A stretch of 64,000 bases of DNA, from contig NC_086108.1 in NCBI RefSeq assembly GCF_963921235.1, forward strand, positions 13,144,001 to 13,208,000. The letters are read 5' to 3'. The translations under genes and the position numbers were made by a program. The notes below the pieces were generated by a model that saw nothing but the letters and a program-made list of their open reading frames with translations, searched no databases and was not told the DNA's origin. Shown one piece after another: positions 61,401 through 64,000 of the stretch. Positions within the stretch are counted from its first letter, which is position 1; the number at the start of each line of letters is the position of its first letter. Source of the stretch: Mobula hypostoma (taxonomy: Eukaryota).

Positions 61401-63780
61401 TTGCCTAATGCCCTCGTAATTTACCCTGCTCTAATTTAGTACTCGCCCATAACATCCATATTTACCCTTAACTATAGCTGTCTTAAAATTTAAGGAATGG
61501 CAGTCACTGCTCACCCACTGAAAGCTCGCTCACCCAGCCAGGCACGTTACCCAACACCAGATCCAGTATAGCCCCTCCTCTTGTTAGACTATCTACATAT
61601 TGATTTTTAAAAAACCCTCCTGGATGCACCCAACAAATTCTGCCCCATCTAAACCCCTTGCACTAAGAGGGTTCCAGTTTATATTATAAGAAGTTGAGGT
61701 TCCCCACGACAACAACCTTACTGTTTTTACACCTTTCCTTACCCTGCCTGCATATCTGTCCCGGTGGCTACTGGGAGTTCTGCAGTACATTCCCATCAGA
61801 GTGATTTCACCCTTCCTATTCCTGAGTGCTACTCATATAGACTCAGAGGACGAGTCCGCCAGCATCTCCCCTTTGAGTGCAGCTGCAATGTTGCCTCTGA
61901 TTAGTAGAGTTATTGAGAAGTACAGCACAGAAAAAGGTCCTTCGGCCCATTTAGTCCATGCTGACCAATTTACACTGCTTACTCCCATCTACCTGCACCA
62001 GGACCTTAGGCCTTCATACCATTACCATCCATGTACCTATCCAAACTTCTCTTAAAACATTGAAATTGAGCTCACATGCACCACTTGTGCTGGCAGTTCA
62101 CTCCACACACTCACCACCCTCTGAGTGAAGAAGGTTCCCCTCATGTTCCCCTTAAACTTTTCATCTTTCACTCTTAACCCATGATCTGGCTGTAGTCCCA
62201 CTCAAGCTCAGTGGAAAAAGCCTGCTTGCATTTACCTCATCTATACCCCTCAATTTTGTATACCTCTATCAAATCTCCCCTCAATCTTCTATGTTCCAAA
62301 GAATAAAGACCTAACTTATTCAATCTTTCCTTATAACTCAGGTCCTCCAGACCCGGCAACATCCTTGTAAATTTTCCCTGTACTCTTTCAACCTTTTCTG
62401 TAGGTGAGTGACCAAAACTGCACATGATACTCCAAATTAGGGCTCATCAACGTCCTGCACAAATTCAACATAACATCCCAGCTCCAGAACTCAGTACTTT
62501 GATTTATAAAGGCCAATATGCCAAAAGCTCACTTTATGACTCTCCCCACCAGTGACGCTACTTTCGATGAATTATCGACCAGTATTCCCAGATCCCTTTG
62601 TTCTACCACACTCCTTCCTACAAACCATTAGACTTATAAATTCACACGTCTGTACATTGTAACGGAGTCATAACGCAAAGATCTTCACTCCCTCACTTTG
62701 AGGGATGGACGTAAGATTTAAATAAATTCTATTCTATCCTCAATGCCCTACTGCTCACTCTATAACTCATAGCAAAGGAGTTGGTCCTACCAAAGTGGAA
62801 AACCTCGCACTTGTCTGCATTAAATTCCATCTGCCATTTTTCATCCCATTTTCCCAGTTGGTCCAGAACCCTCTGCAAGTCATGATAGCCTTCCTCACTA
62901 TCCACCACACCCCAAATCTTGGTGTCATCCGCAAATGTGCTGATCGAGTTAACCATGTTATCATCCAGATCACTGATATAGATGACAAACAACAATAGAG
63001 CCAGCACCGATCCCTGCAGCACTCCACGAGTCACAGGCTTCCAGCAGTTCAACAACCCCACTTTTACCTCTCTCTACTTTTTACTAAAATATTGAAACCT
63101 GGGATATTAAGCACCATTTCCTATCCCTCTCTCAACGAAGTCCCTGTCATGGCTACAACATCGTAGTCCCATGCACTGATCCATGGTCTAAGCTCATTAC
63201 CTTTACTCATAATACTCCTAGCATTAAATTACACTCACTTCAAAGTATCAGTCCCATCATATCTATTTCTTTGCTCCAGCTTGTTTTTACTGGCCCTGAC
63301 ATCTACCTTTCTCTTCATCCCGGTGCTCCGGTTCCCAGTTCCTTGCTAAACTAGTTTAAACCCTCCCAAGTAGCGCTATTGATCCTCTCGGCCATAATAT
63401 TGGCTCCTCTCCATTTCAGGTGCAACCTGTTCCCATGTTCAGGTCACCCTTACCCCAGAACTGGTTCCAATTATCCAACAACTTGAAACCCCGCTGCCTG
63501 TTCCAGTTGCTCAGCCACTCATTCATCTGTACTATCATCCTATTCCTGCCCTGACCAGCATGAGGTACAGGGAGTAATCCGGAGATTATTACCTTGGGGG
63601 TCCTGCTCATCAGCCTTGTCACTAACTCTCTACACTCACAGCACAGGACCTCTTCCTCCTTTCTACCCATGTCATGGGTAGAATGTGCACCATGACCTCT
63701 GGCTACTCACCTTCCCTCGAGAATCTTCTGCAGCTACTCTGATATATCCTAGACCCTAGCACCTGGGAGGCCCTTAGTAT
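58450..63780. mobile_element. CR1 cluster, mostly minus strand, with ORF1 SGNH-esterase, APE endonuclease and RT remnants
   Basis: 63416-63670 KVIISGLLPVP...NEWLSNW...GFKLLDNW..FWG (CR1 ORF1 esterase). 62729-63061 QGSVL...STFADDTKI. Confidence 0.85.
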
Positions 63781-64000
63781 TATCAGGGATCCCACCCATC
63801 CATCCAGCATCCTCTTTGATTCCTACCATCAGACAGGAGACTCTGATGCATAAAAACAAGAACGGTCAGGATGGGAAACAGTTTCTTCCCTCAGGCCATT
63901 AGTCTTCTGAACTCCCTGCCACATCACATTTGAAATGTTTCTAAATAACTTGTACTGGACCCTATAATATTTAATTTATGCACTTTAATTTATCTATGCA

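Noticed and set aside
58000..64000. Further upstream SHKBP1 exon (GHHNWIAVAY-type)
   Set aside because: Not found by eye. The region is CR1/Rex debris, so the exon is probably beyond the window.

Overview
This is vertebrate genomic DNA, not prokaryotic. The repeat landscape (CR1/HER1-type LINEs, V-SINE/HE1-like SINEs, Rex1/Babar, RTE and Penelope fragments) suggests a cartilaginous fish, probably a ray or shark; that assignment is an inference. Two spliced genes converge tail-to-tail. On the + strand are the last 7 coding exons of LTBP4 (2837-14825: end of a TB domain, cbEGFs, last TB domain, Pro/acidic/Arg-rich linker, EGF, cbEGF, stop). On the - strand are the last 10 coding exons of SHKBP1 (57935-36366: WD40-like region to the C-terminal ...MNETSF). 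All exons were phased by hand with GT-AG boundaries; only the donor of the LTBP4 linker exon is ambiguous. Most of the remainder is nested retroelement debris. The most notable hidden signal is a family of at least 7 Penelope-derived segments carrying minimal type I hammerhead ribozyme motifs. They include a 140-bp insertion with a 10-bp target-site duplication (TSD) and a ~500-bp fold-back insertion with a 14-bp TSD. Two copies with intact catalytic cores lie in the sense orientation within SHKBP1 introns. Other oddities: an L1 ORF1-only segment abutting an inverted L1-like tail, a solo LTR with a 4-bp TSD, a tandem repeat that multiplies a splice donor in LTBP4, and a graded 47-bp minisatellite just past the SHKBP1 stop. 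Repeat boundaries are approximate unless a TSD is quoted.
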